Virus record (IMG/VR): IMGVR_UViG_3300028800_000060
Location: 1 to 64,000 of that record
DNA: 64,000 nt
Origin: a virus
Strand: one strand, 5' to 3'
The translations under genes were made by a program, and so were the position numbers. Of the stretch, positions 1 to 10,330 are shown piece after piece. The notes below the pieces were generated by a model, which was given only the letters and a program-made list of their open reading frames with translations, was not told where the DNA came from and did no database searches. The first letter of the stretch is position 1, and every line of letters begins with the position of its first letter.

Positions 1-423
1 TTAACAGAACTACAAGACAAAGTAAAAAAAGATTTAAAACTCCAACCCGATGAATTGACTTATGAATCTGTCCGTACACCGGAGGTTCATCACACATACA
101 ATAAGATGTTAATGACCGAACGTTTAGCTTTAAAAAAGTTGGAACGTAATTGGGATACATTATATCTCGAAAAATGGGAATATTATCGAAAAAAGAGTGA
201 TCCAGAAGTTTATCAGAAAAAACCACTCTTGAAGAAAATTCTGGATACCGATGTTAAATTGTACTTGACTGCCGATGAAGACCTACAGGCACTTAGAGCA
301 CAAATTGAATCCAAAGAAGAACTTATAGATTTCCTAAAACGTACAATGGATCAGGTTAATCAAAGAACTTGGTTAATCCGTAACGCCATAGAATATCTCA
401 AATACTTAGGAAATGAAAAATAA
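1..423 (+). CDS. uvsY: UvsY-like recombination mediator (5' end probably outside the window)
   Basis: Frame 1 is open from base 1. Helical protein with 'KLYLTADEDL...IDFLK...NQRTWLIRNAIEY', typical of T4-like UvsY; lies upstream of uvsW. Confidence 0.8.
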   Translation, partial: LTELQDKVKKDLKLQPDELTYESVRTPEVHHTYNKMLMTERLALKKLERNWDTLYLEKWEYYRKKSDPEVYQKKPLLKKILDTDVKLYLTADEDLQALRAQIESKEELIDFLKRTMDQVNQRTWLIRNAIEYLKYLGNEK

Positions 424-459
424 TGACTTGGTAACCTAATTTTCTAACTTTTCTTATAA

Positions 460-467
460 TATAAATA
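460..467 (+). promoter_or_regulatory. T4-type late promoter (TATAAATA)
   Basis: Exact TATAAATA followed by a purine-rich RBS (aaggaagaggag) before the 482 ORF; the window encodes gp55. Confidence 0.8.
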
Positions 468-481
468 AGGAAGAGGAGAAA

Positions 482-853
482 TTGGGTAAAATGATTGAAC
501 CTTCCCACTATGATATTTGTATTCCAAAAGGTGCGACATTTGATCAACCTTTTAATTGGAAAGACGATAACGGAAATACTTACGATTTGAGTTCATATAC
601 GGCGCGCATGCAAATACGTGTAACTGTAAATGCACCAGATCCTCCGATTATTTCACTTACAAGTGATGTGGGTGGTGGAATCACATTATCTGCTAGGGAC
701 CCAAATATTTCTCTTTTTATTAGTGCAACCATTACAGAGTCGGTAACAATTTCTTCGGGAGTGTATGATTTAAAACTTACCGATTCGAATGGAATTGTTA
801 CGCGATTATTAGAAGGAAAAGTTAAATTTAGTCCAGCGGTAACCAGGCCATAA
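482..853 (+). CDS. Small beta-rich virion/fibre-associated protein
   Basis: 'I.KGATF...W.D...[12 protein letters not shown]...GVYDL...V.RLLEGK' pattern, common in phage structural accessory proteins; under a late promoter. Confidence 0.55.
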   Translation: MGKMIEPSHYDICIPKGATFDQPFNWKDDNGNTYDLSSYTARMQIRVTVNAPDPPIISLTSDVGGGITLSARDPNISLFISATITESVTISSGVYDLKLTDSNGIVTRLLEGKVKFSPAVTRP

Positions 854-854
854 T

Positions 855-3740
855 ATGATCGAAGTTTTAAAACCCATACGCTTAAACCGGTTTGAAATAC
901 CTGTTTATGGACCTCAAGGACCAATTGGTCCTACGGGACCAACAGGACCAGGATTTACAGGAACAACAGGAACAACAGGATATACAGGTCCTACGGGTTA
1001 TACAGGTACTACAGGATATACAGGATCTGGTAACTTTACTGGATATACCGGTTATACCGGCCCCTTTGGTCCTACGGGTTATACAGGTACTACAGGATAT
1101 ACAGGATCTGGTAACTTTACTGGATATACCGGATATACAGGAGACATGGGTCCTACTGGATATACGGGTCCCGGTAACTTTACTGGATATACGGGATATA
1201 CCGGATATACAGGAATCACGGGTTCTACTGGGTATACAGGTCCTATTGGAATCTTGGGTCCTACAGGTTACACGGGAGGCACAGGTTATACTGGATATAC
1301 AGGGCCTGAAGCTACTGGTCCTACTGGTTACACAGGTCCTGGTAACTTTACTGGATATACTGGGTTCACGGGATTTACTGGGTATACTGGAAATACTGGT
1401 CCCACCGGATATACGGGTCCCGGAAATTTTACTGGATATACCGGTTATACTGGATATACAGGGCCTGAAGCTACGGGTCCTACCGGTTACACAGGTCCTG
1501 GTAACTTTACAGGATATACGGGGTACACGGGACGTACTGGATATACGGGATATACGGGATATACGGGTCCTGGTAACTTTACAGGATATACAGGTCCTAC
1601 TGGTCCTACAGGGTATACAGGACCAATGGGGTTAAATGGAGGAAATTCAGGAAGATTATATTATCCGGAACATAGTGTTATTTCTGATATAGCATCTGAT
1701 CCTGAAGTAAATGTAGGGCATACATTTTACGATATTGCTTCACCCGTTCCTTCTCCTAATCCAGAAAGTTTTTATTCAATTTTTATTCCAGTACCGCCGC
1801 AAGATGAATATTATTATTTTATTGGGGCATTTGCTACTACCCCCGATCAACCAAATATAACATTCCAACCTATGGGAACAGCATTTCGTTATGCTTACGT
1901 TGCATCATCATCGGGACTAGCAGAATTACGCACCGACTTATTACGTTATCAAACTACGGGCCTAGTTGCTGATACTGGAAGTATTCCTCTTATATTTAAC
2001 AATGCTTCTAATTATAATGGTTATCAAAATACTATTACCCGATCTTCCGGAAGTTTCATTACCGATGGTTTTACGTTCCATGCATTGATCACAATTACTG
2101 GTTCGGGTTCTAATGATGGTGTATATACCATTCAAAGTGTCGAAGATTCAGTACTTACATTAATGCAACAAAATTCTTTAATAATTGAATCTACTACAGC
2201 CCGAATAACCACAAAAGAAAAACAATTACGTACATCAGAATCAATAAGTTTTGATAATACAACGGTTCAATTAGTAGAATGGTCATATTCAGCATCACAA
2301 GGAGAAATATTCGCTTCTGATGACCGCTTGCTATTTAAGTGGTGGGCACAAAATCTTGATGTAACGCCAACAACAATTATCTTATACACCGAGGGTATCG
2401 CGCACGCATCATTTATACAAACTACTATTTCTTCAGGACTTCAAGGACCCACAGGGCCTACAGGACCTGGTAACTTTACCGGATATACGGGATATACCGG
2501 GTATACTGGAAATACGGGTTATACTGGACCTGGAGCATTTACCGGATATACCGGATATACCGGATATACAGGCGTTCAAGGCCTAACAGGTCCTACTGGA
2601 TATACCGGTACCATCGGTCCCACAGGATATACAGGTGTTCAAGGGCTAACGGGTTTTACGGGTTATACAGGTCCTGGAGCATTCACCGGATATACCGGAC
2701 CTACTGGGTATACTGGACCTACAGGGTATACGGGACCAGGAAACTTTACGGGTTATACAGGACCTACTGGTTATACGGGACCTGGTAACTTTACCGGATA
2801 TACTGGGTATACAGGACCTACGGGATACACGGGACCAGGAAACTTTACAGGATATACTGGATACACGGGACCAGGAAACTTTACGGGTTATACAGGATAT
2901 ACCGGATATACTGGTCCTGGTAACTTTACGGGATATACGGGATACACAGGTTTTACCGGATATACCGGACCAGGAAACTTTACTGGATATACGGGACCTA
3001 CTGGGTATACTGGATACACGGGATCCGGAAACTTCACAGGATATACGGGACCTACTGGATATACTGGACCAGGAAACTTTACGGGATACACCGGATTTAC
3101 TGGATATACTGGGTATACTGGACCAGGAAACTTCACCGGATATACCGGGTACACAGGACCTACTGGATATACCGGACCAGGAAACTTTACGGGATATACC
3201 GGACCTACTGGGTATACTGGATATACGGGACCAGGAAACTTCACTGGGTATACAGGACCTACTGGGTATACGGGTCCTGGTAATTTTACGGGATATACCG
3301 GTCCTACTGGATATACCGGATTTACAGGGCCCGCCGCTTCTTTAACAACTTCATCTGGAAATCTAGGTGCAAATGTTACTATGACAACTGCCAACACATT
3401 ATATACAGGTCCAACAACCGCAGCACTTGCAACAGGAACCTGGTTAATTTTAGCACAAGTTACGGTTGCATCTGCTACCAATACCGCACAAAGAGTAACT
3501 GCAAGAATTTGGAATGGTACAACTATAATTGCAACAGGAGAAGAAAGTATATCAGCACAAGGCCCAGGTACTTCAGGTTATGTGAGTGTTAGTCTTTCGG
3601 GAATCGCAACAACCGCAAATGATACCTGGAATATAAGTTGTGCTTCCACCGCAGCCAATAGTGTTATGAATAGAAATCCGGGTGATAATAGTCCGGCTGC
3701 AAATAACGCTTGTAAAATTACAGCAATTCGCTTGGCCTAA
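855..3740 (+). CDS. Collagen-like (Gly-X-Thr) fibre protein with two repeat blocks, a central globular domain and a C-terminal beta domain
   Basis: Long GYT/GPT/GFT triplet tracts (~909-1635 and ~2436-3330) punctuated by GPGNFT; in the late unit. Confidence 0.85.
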   Translation: MIEVLKPIRLNRFEIPVYGPQGPIGPTGPTGPGFTGTTGTTGYTGPTGYTGTTGYTGSGNFTGYTGYTGPFGPTGYTGTTGYTGSGNFTGYTGYTGDMGPTGYTGPGNFTGYTGYTGYTGITGSTGYTGPIGILGPTGYTGGTGYTGYTGPEATGPTGYTGPGNFTGYTGFTGFTGYTGNTGPTGYTGPGNFTGYTGYTGYTGPEATGPTGYTGPGNFTGYTGYTGRTGYTGYTGYTGPGNFTGYTGPTGPTGYTGPMGLNGGNSGRLYYPEHSVISDIASDPEVNVGHTFYDIASPVPSPNPESFYSIFIPVPPQDEYYYFIGAFATTPDQPNITFQPMGTAFRYAYVASSSGLAELRTDLLRYQTTGLVADTGSIPLIFNNASNYNGYQNTITRSSGSFITDGFTFHALITITGSGSNDGVYTIQSVEDSVLTLMQQNSLIIESTTARITTKEKQLRTSESISFDNTTVQLVEWSYSASQGEIFASDDRLLFKWWAQNLDVTPTTIILYTEGIAHASFIQTTISSGLQGPTGPTGPGNFTGYTGYTGYTGNTGYTGPGAFTGYTGYTGYTGVQGLTGPTGYTGTIGPTGYTGVQGLTGFTGYTGPGAFTGYTGPTGYTGPTGYTGPGNFTGYTGPTGYTGPGNFTGYTGYTGPTGYTGPGNFTGYTGYTGPGNFTGYTGYTGYTGPGNFTGYTGYTGFTGYTGPGNFTGYTGPTGYTGYTGSGNFTGYTGPTGYTGPGNFTGYTGFTGYTGYTGPGNFTGYTGYTGPTGYTGPGNFTGYTGPTGYTGYTGPGNFTGYTGPTGYTGPGNFTGYTGPTGYTGFTGPAASLTTSSGNLGANVTMTTANTLYTGPTTAALATGTWLILAQVTVASATNTAQRVTARIWNGTTIIATGEESISAQGPGTSGYVSVSLSGIATTANDTWNISCASTAANSVMNRNPGDNSPAANNACKITAIRLA

Positions 3741-3743
3741 ATA

Positions 3744-5505
3744 TATGCTGAACTTCTCAATCGTATTAATTGCGCGTAATGAAGCAAAAACTCTTCCGCG
3801 CCTTGTGAAATCATTAGAAGAATTTCAAAGACGTGAAGGTGAAATAATCCTACTTGATACGGGATCTACCGATGGAACTCCAGATATCGCTAGATCCCTG
3901 GGTTGTAATGTTACCGAAGTTGGCGAACGATTCATTACAATCATAAACAAAAATCTTGCCCGAAAAATCAATACACAATTTATAGTTGACAATGAAACAC
4001 CAATAGTTAAAGAAGGTGATAAACTTTTTGACTATTCTGCCGCACGAAACTTTGCTGCCTCATTAGCATCTAATGATATGTGTGCAATGCCAGATTGTGA
4101 TGAGGTTTATACCGTATTAAATCTAGATGCAATTCAAAAAGTTATTGAACTTGGTCATGAACAATTAGAATATCATTTCGTTTTTTCCCACTACGAAGAT
4201 GGATCTCCAGCAATACAATTCATGCACTGTAAATTCTATGATCGTAGAAAAATGAAATGGACTGGTGTAGTTCACGAAATTCTTTCTGGAGAAGCAAAAA
4301 GATTGTATTTGGACACATCAGTAATCAAATTAGAACATTGGCAGAATCCTTCAGAACATAGATCCCGTTATTTGACTGGGTTAGCTCTTGATTGTTATTT
4401 AAACCAAAATAATGACAGAAATTCACATTATCTCGGAAGAGAATTAGTTTGGACCGGAAGACACAAATCAGGCATCAAAGAACTTCAACGGCATATAGAT
4501 ATGCATAAGTTCCCAATGGAACGCGCGCAATCTATGGTTTTTATTGGTGATGCTTATGAAATGCTTGGTGATGAAGAAAACGCTATAAAATGGTACAATC
4601 AGTCATTCATAGATGATGGAACTCGTAGAGAACCATTATTACGACTCGCCCAACATTTTTGGAAGAAAAATTGCGCCCAAAAAACAGCATGTTATTGTGC
4701 CGCCGCATTAGAGATTGGTGAAACTAATTTTTATGCCAATTATGCTGCGCACTATACATTTGAACCCCATGAACTGATGTATTGGGCGAAATGGTATCTT
4801 GGTGATCGAGAAGCATCCAAAAAGCATTGGGAAAAATGTCTAAGTTATACTCCTCTTTCACAAAAATATTTACATGATGCGAGGTTCTACCTTGATCTAC
4901 CAAAGGTGTCTATTGTAATTCCATCTCTGGGACGTGAAGAAAAATTATTACGGTGTGTTGCTGCAATTAAAAAGAACGCAAATTATCCAGAAGAACTCAT
5001 CGAAATAGTTATTGAACGAGATTCTTTTGATAATCGGCAAGGTGTTCCAAAAACATTAAAAACTGGTGTTGCAAAGAGTACTGGAGAATTTGTTTTGTAT
5101 TTGGGAAATGATTGTATTCCTGAAGAAAACTTCCTCATTCTTGCTGTATTACAAATGCTCAAGAATTTCCCACAAAGAGATGGTCTTATTGGTTTAAATG
5201 ATGGTCCTACAAATCAAAATCTAGCTAAACATTGGTTAGCTTCTAAAAAATTATTACCTGACTTAGATGGTGAATTTTTCTGTACGCAATATCATCATGT
5301 TGGTGTTGATAATGAACTAACAGCACGTTGTATGCAATTACATAAATATGTTTGGTGTAATGAGGCGAGAATTACCCATGAACATTTTACATCTGGTGCG
5401 GAATGGGATGAAGTCTATAAACTTGGTTGGGATGAAAAATGTGTTGCTGAAGACCGAGCATTATTAGCCGAACGTGCCAAATTATTGAATTTTGAGATTA
5501 TTTAA
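3744..5505 (+). CDS. Glycosyltransferase (GT2 - TPR - GT2)
   Basis: 'SIVLIARNE...LLDTGSTDGT...DCDE...VHE', then TPR-like helices, then a second GT2-like domain 'KVSIVIPS...YLGND'. Confidence 0.85.
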
Positions 5506-5616
5506 CACTTTTTTAACATTTTAACGATTTTAGAACGTATTTCATCAAATACACATAAAGGACGTCGTGGTAAGTCTGCCAAGAGAAACCAGACTATAAT
5601 GGCAAACGATTGAACA

Positions 5617-7164
5617 ATGATGCCTGACACTCTAGAAGATAAAACGCTTTATATCCGAAAAAAGAACGAAAGTTACTTAGAAGTCCTGGCGGTGGATAGT
5701 ATCCTTATGTCACTGTCGGACTTCTTTAGTTTTTTTGTTCCGGGTTACCAATTTATGCCAAAATTCCGCATGAAGATGTGGGATGGAAAATTACGTCTCT
5801 TTAATCGTAATACTTGTGAAATATATGTAGGATTACTACCGCATATTAAAGAATATGCGCGTATGAATAATTACATTGTTGAATATAGCGATGGTGATTT
5901 GGATATTGAAGATGAATTTTCTGTTGAAGAAGCTAAATCTTTTGCAAGTGAATTAAAACTCCATGCTAAACGTATAGAAGGTGATAAAGAGGTTTTTGTA
6001 CCAATTGTTCCCCATGATTATCAAATAGCAGCTTTCAGACACGCGGTACAAACAAAACGTTGTCTTTTATTATCACCCACAGCTTCTGGCAAATCCTTAA
6101 TAATCTTCTTACTTATACGACATTATCAGAAAATTATTGAATCTCACCGTAAAATTTTGGTAATTGTTCCTACTGTTAACTTGGTAAGTCAATTATATAC
6201 CGATTTTGGTGAATATTCTTATGCTGATAATTGGGATGTGCGTGATGAAGTTCATATGGTTTATCAGGGTCAGGATAAAGGTTCAGAAAAACAAATAATA
6301 ATTTCTACATGGGAAAGTATTTACAAATTAGGTATTGATTATTTTGGTAATTTTGATGTTGTGATTGGTGATGAAGCGCATGGGTTTAAGGCTAATTCTC
6401 TCACCAATATAATGCAACGTTCGTATAAAGCGCAATATAGATTTGGTACTACTGGAACACTTGATGGAACAAAAACACACAAATTAGTACTTGAAGGATT
6501 ATTCGGTAAGGTCTATAAAGTTACTACAACAAATGAATTAATGAAACAAGGCACACTGGCAACAATGAATATAAATTGCCTTATGCTTTATTATCCTGAA
6601 GATATTTGCAAGAAAATGAAAGGTGCCAAATATCAAGATGAAGTTTCTTTCATTGTTGAACATAAAGGCCGAAATAAATTCATACGCAATCTTGCTGTTT
6701 CCTTAAAAGGAAATACGCTCGTTTTATTTAATTTAGTTGACCGACATGGTAAAATTCTTTTTGAAGATATCAAAACTAAAGTAGCAGAAGGAAGAAAAGT
6801 CTTTTTTGTATCGGGCCAAACTGATGCTGAAATTCGTGAAGATATTCGCCAAATTACTGAGAAGGAAAATGATGCTATTATTGTTGCGTCATATGGAACA
6901 TTCTCTACTGGTGTAAATATTCGTAATCTTCACAATATTATATTTGCATCTCCAGCAAAATCTAGAATTCGTGTGTTGCAGAGTTTAGGACGTGGTTTGC
7001 GAAAAGGAGATATCAAAGATACTTTAGAACTTTTTGATGTATCCGATGTGTTGCAGTATAAAGCATATACCAACCACACTCTAAAGCATTTTATGAGACG
7101 AGTAGAGATTTACAATTCCGAAAAATTTTCCTATAAAATATTTAAGATTAGGATGAAATCATGA
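5617..7164 (+). CDS. uvsW: UvsW SF2 DNA helicase
   Basis: SPTASGKS, DEAH, TGT and QSLGRGLR motifs; 'WDGKLRLF' T4 UvsW signature. Confidence 0.95.
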   Translation: MMPDTLEDKTLYIRKKNESYLEVLAVDSILMSLSDFFSFFVPGYQFMPKFRMKMWDGKLRLFNRNTCEIYVGLLPHIKEYARMNNYIVEYSDGDLDIEDEFSVEEAKSFASELKLHAKRIEGDKEVFVPIVPHDYQIAAFRHAVQTKRCLLLSPTASGKSLIIFLLIRHYQKIIESHRKILVIVPTVNLVSQLYTDFGEYSYADNWDVRDEVHMVYQGQDKGSEKQIIISTWESIYKLGIDYFGNFDVVIGDEAHGFKANSLTNIMQRSYKAQYRFGTTGTLDGTKTHKLVLEGLFGKVYKVTTTNELMKQGTLATMNINCLMLYYPEDICKKMKGAKYQDEVSFIVEHKGRNKFIRNLAVSLKGNTLVLFNLVDRHGKILFEDIKTKVAEGRKVFFVSGQTDAEIREDIRQITEKENDAIIVASYGTFSTGVNIRNLHNIIFASPAKSRIRVLQSLGRGLRKGDIKDTLELFDVSDVLQYKAYTNHTLKHFMRRVEIYNSEKFSYKIFKIRMKS

Positions 7165-7224
7165 AAACCAGGTACATTGGAAAACCTTGTAGAAAATGTG
7201 GTGAAACTCTCCGATATGTGTCAA

Positions 7225-7621
7225 ATGGTTCAAGATATTTGGTTAGGATCTGAAGATGCGGCAAAATATTTGGTGTTGCTTTTGGTGCCATTCTCAATGT
7301 AGCTGCTGAATCTAATTATGCTATTTCTAAACCATATTTACATATCGATTTGTGGGACGGAAATTCTATTCCCAAAACAGACCTCGATAGGTGTATGGAA
7401 TTTCTTGAAGCTCAAGAACGAAATCCCGATATGATCTTGATTCACTGTATGGGTGGGAATATCAAGATCTTTTTCTGTTATGGTATGTTATGTGGCTCTG
7501 AAAATGAACTTATCTTTTCCGGAAGCATATAAATATGTTCTAGAAAAAAAGACCACAAGGCGATCCTGCTGGTCGAACAATTCTCAGTGTAAAGGAATAT
7601 TTGGATGACAGAAGAAAATGA
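7225..7621 (+). pseudogene. Frameshifted dual-specificity protein phosphatase
   Basis: Joining frames across three 1-nt shifts gives MVQDIWLGS...ILNVAAE...HIDLWD...ILIHCMGGISRS...YKYVLEKRPQGDP, containing the HCxxGxSRS P-loop. Confidence 0.75.
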
Positions 7622-8033
7622 AAACCAAACGGCCACTGAGGCCACAGAAAAACCACTTTTCACTGATGAGGAATTATATAATATCCGTTCTATCAAATTG
7701 AATAACGGAGAAACCATGCTCGCTTGTATTTTATGCACTGATGCCGAACATATGATTGTAAAACGTCCTTGCCAAGTACAAAAAATAAATGGTGATGATG
7801 GTTCAGTTGCTATGGTTCTTACTAAATGGCAACCATTTTCGGTAGATCCTAATCATGTCATTTTCAAACAGTCTTTGGTTTCTTATTGTAAGATTAACCA
7901 AGCAATGATTGATTTTTATATTCTGGCTGTCCAGAATCAGATAAATGAAGAAAACTCTTCTAAAGAACCTATAGTTGGTAAAGAATGGCCAGAGTGGATG
8001 GATTCTCCATTAAGTAAAACCCAACTTAATTAA
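7605..8033 (+). CDS. Conserved T4-like hypothetical protein (between uvsW and gp55)
   Basis: 'IKLNNGETML...KWQPFS' pattern and position. Confidence 0.6.
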   Translation: MTEENENQTATEATEKPLFTDEELYNIRSIKLNNGETMLACILCTDAEHMIVKRPCQVQKINGDDGSVAMVLTKWQPFSVDPNHVIFKQSLVSYCKINQAMIDFYILAVQNQINEENSSKEPIVGKEWPEWMDSPLSKTQLN

Positions 8034-8173
8034 CGGGTAAACATAAACCATAACCCGGCACATAATATGCCACATCCTATAAAGAATAATAATGTTCCTC
8101 CTAGGACCATCATTAGACCTTTCTTCCATCCAAATATCAAACTCAATACAATTAATAATCCTAATATAAACAT
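8030..8173 (-). CDS. Small two-TM membrane peptide (47 aa)
   Basis: MFILGLLIIVLSLIFGWKKGLMMVLGGTLLFFIGCGILCAGLWFMFTR, with an AAAGGAAAAG RBS and its own sigma70 promoter on the minus strand. Confidence 0.65.
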   Translation of the reverse strand: MFILGLLIVLSLIFGWKKGLMMVLGGTLLFFIGCGILCAGLWFMFTR

Positions 8174-8240
8174 ACTTTTCCTTTATGGTTCTTTAGGGCC
8201 TCATGGCCTTTAAGAGACCACATTAATAGGCTACACAGCC

Positions 8241-8333
8241 AGGATAGCATTTTGTCAAGTGTTTGTCAAGTATTATTTTAAAATATTTTAAATGTAGATT
8301 TTTCTTGCACTTAGCCGTAAAATATGTTATAAT
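8241..8333. promoter_or_regulatory. Divergent sigma70-type promoter pair
   Basis: Minus strand: TTGACA-17-TATCCT (8241-8269). Plus strand: TTGCAC-17-TATAAT with TG extension, driving gp55. Confidence 0.7.
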
Positions 8334-8381
8334 TGTATTAATAAAGAAAGAAATACTCAGAGATTTACCATTTGGAGAAAT

Positions 8382-9044
8382 ATGGCAAAGAAACCACACT
8401 ATGTGGATAATAAGCTCTTCCTAGAAGCCTTAACAAAATACCTTTTGGTTGTTAAACCCTTACGAGCCAAATATAACCTTGCGTGTAATAAATTGAAAAA
8501 GCAAGGAATTCCAAAAGATGAGTGGCCTGCTTTTGAACGTCCCCAGACACCTGAATACAATTATATTGGTGAATGTCTGTTGAAGATTGCCAATCATTTA
8601 TCCTACAGTCCCAAGTTTTTCCCAAATTTCCATAACCATTCTTTAAGAGAAGAAATGATTGGTGATGCATTGGAAAATTGCATCAAATATTTGGAAAACT
8701 TTGATCCTGCAAAGTCGAAGAATCCATTTGCATATTACACACAAGTTATGTGGTATGCATTCTATCGAAGGATTACTTCGGAAGCCAAGCAAACATATAT
8801 TAAGCAAAAAAGTCTTGAAAGTGCTATCGATTTCTTTGCTACACAAGGTGGAGATGATGGAGAGTATGCAAATACCTACATTAAATTCCTTCAAGAATCT
8901 AAAAATGATGTGATTGAAGATTTTGAAGAGCGGAAGAACAAAAAGAAGAAAACTACATCTGAGAATACCAAAAAACGTAAAAAGATTGATAACCCTGGTA
9001 TCGAGAGATTTATGGTCACTAGTACAGAACCTACATTTATTTAA
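8382..9044 (+). CDS. 55: Sigma factor for late transcription (gp55)
   Basis: 'HYVDNKLF...YIGEC.LKIA.HLS...REEMIGDA.ENC...FDP.KS.NPFAYYTQ..WYAF.RRI..E.KQ'. Confidence 0.95.
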   Translation: MAKKPHYVDNKLFLEALTKYLLVVKPLRAKYNLACNKLKKQGIPKDEWPAFERPQTPEYNYIGECLLKIANHLSYSPKFFPNFHNHSLREEMIGDALENCIKYLENFDPAKSKNPFAYYTQVMWYAFYRRITSEAKQTYIKQKSLESAIDFFATQGGDDGEYANTYIKFLQESKNDVIEDFEERKNKKKKTTSENTKKRKKIDNPGIERFMVTSTEPTFI

Positions 9045-9239
9045 ATGACCCAAGAGCAAAACAATATAATTGCAGAAGTCAGGAAAGTATTTCCTGAATA
9101 TGTTGCCGAAGAGATTTTATTTTTGGAACATAAACCTAACTGTTATTGTGAAGGGTGTTCTAATCTTCCTAATGAAGATGGAGTTTTGTGTCAGAGTTGT
9201 ATCGAGTTGTTGCGAGAGGCTTTTAAGAAATATAAATGA
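9045..9239 (+). CDS. Hypothetical protein, possible Zn-binding (CxC..C / CxxC)
   Basis: ORF abuts gp55 and overlaps the gp47 start. Confidence 0.5.
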   Translation: MTQEQNNIIAEVRKVFPEYVAEEILFLEHKPNCYCEGCSNLPNEDGVLCQSCIELLREAFKKYK

Positions 9240-10321
9240 GAACATTTGACACAAAGATAGGCCGGTGTGCTATCCTCGCAGATACTCATTTTGGTGCAAG
9301 AGCGGATAGTCCTGTTTTTCATGATTATTTCATGCGGTTTTATGAAGACGTGTTCTTTCCTTTCTTAGCCAAAAATAATATAAAGGTTGTCCTCCATTTG
9401 GGTGATTTTACTGATCGCCGTAAATATATAAATTTCGTGACATTGAATCGGCTCCGAAATTATTTCGTTCGTCGATTGCATGAACTTGGTATTACGTTGA
9501 TATGTACAGTTGGTAATCATGATACATTTTATAAGAATACCAATGAAATAAATTCGTTGCAAGAGTTATTTTTTGATAATCCTAATATTATTATCCTTAC
9601 AGAAGCTGAAGAGGTGATGTTTGATGGAACTAAAGTATTATTGGTTCCATGGATTAATGAAAATAACATTGAAAAAACATTGCAGTTGATTAAGGAAACT
9701 GATGCTAAGATTTGTTTTGGCCATTTAGAACTAAAAGGGTTCTTGATGAATCGAGGACAGAAATCTGAAATTGGTTTTGATGCTGCTATTTTCGAAAAAT
9801 TTGATTTGGTAGCTTCGGGACATTTTCATCACAAGTCTGATAATGGAAAGATTTTTTTTCTAGGAACTCCTTACGAACTAAATTTTGCAGATATAAATGA
9901 TCCGAGAGGTTTCCATACTTGGGAAATTGATACTACAGAACTTGATTTTTATCAAAATCCCCATAAGATGTTTTATAAAATTTATTATGATGATAAAGAT
10001 AAACCACTAGAAATCTTAACCAAGAAAATCACAGACAAATACCAAGGCACACACGTTAAGGTAATAGTACAGAATAGAACTAATCCAAATAATTTTGATA
10101 AGTTTATGGAATGTTTGTTTTCAATGTTACCTGCGGATGTTAAGATTGAAGAAGATTTATCCTTAGATGAAGGAAGTGAAGAAATGGTTGTTGATATGAC
10201 TGAGGATACTTTAACAATCCTTAATAAGTATGTTGATTGTTTGGAAATTGATACGGATAAAGAAAAGATTAAAGAAGAATTGAGGACACTCTATATTGAG
10301 GCGTCTAATATGGAAAGATAA
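9236..10321 (+). CDS. 47: Recombination endonuclease subunit gp47 (Mre11/SbcD-like)
   Basis: DTHFG, LGD, GNHD and GHFH phosphoesterase motifs. Confidence 0.95.
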   Translation: MRTFDTKIGRCAILADTHFGARADSPVFHDYFMRFYEDVFFPFLAKNNIKVVLHLGDFTDRRKYINFVTLNRLRNYFVRRLHELGITLICTVGNHDTFYKNTNEINSLQELFFDNPNIIILTEAEEVMFDGTKVLLVPWINENNIEKTLQLIKETDAKICFGHLELKGFLMNRGQKSEIGFDAAIFEKFDLVASGHFHHKSDNGKIFFLGTPYELNFADINDPRGFHTWEIDTTELDFYQNPHKMFYKIYYDDKDKPLEILTKKITDKYQGTHVKVIVQNRTNPNNFDKFMECLFSMLPADVKIEEDLSLDEGSEEMVVDMTEDTLTILNKYVDCLEIDTDKEKIKEELRTLYIEASNMER

Positions 10322-10330
10322 TTTTGGCAA

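Noticed and set aside
855-3330. Repeats as a CRISPR array or DGR template/variable pair
   Set aside because: In-frame coding repeats with synonymous variation, no unique spacers, and no cas or reverse transcriptase gene in the window.
892-3481. Alternative-frame ORFs 892-1635 (+) and 2888-3481 (-)
   Set aside because: Shadows of the collagen repeat; stop-free only because of the repeated codons.
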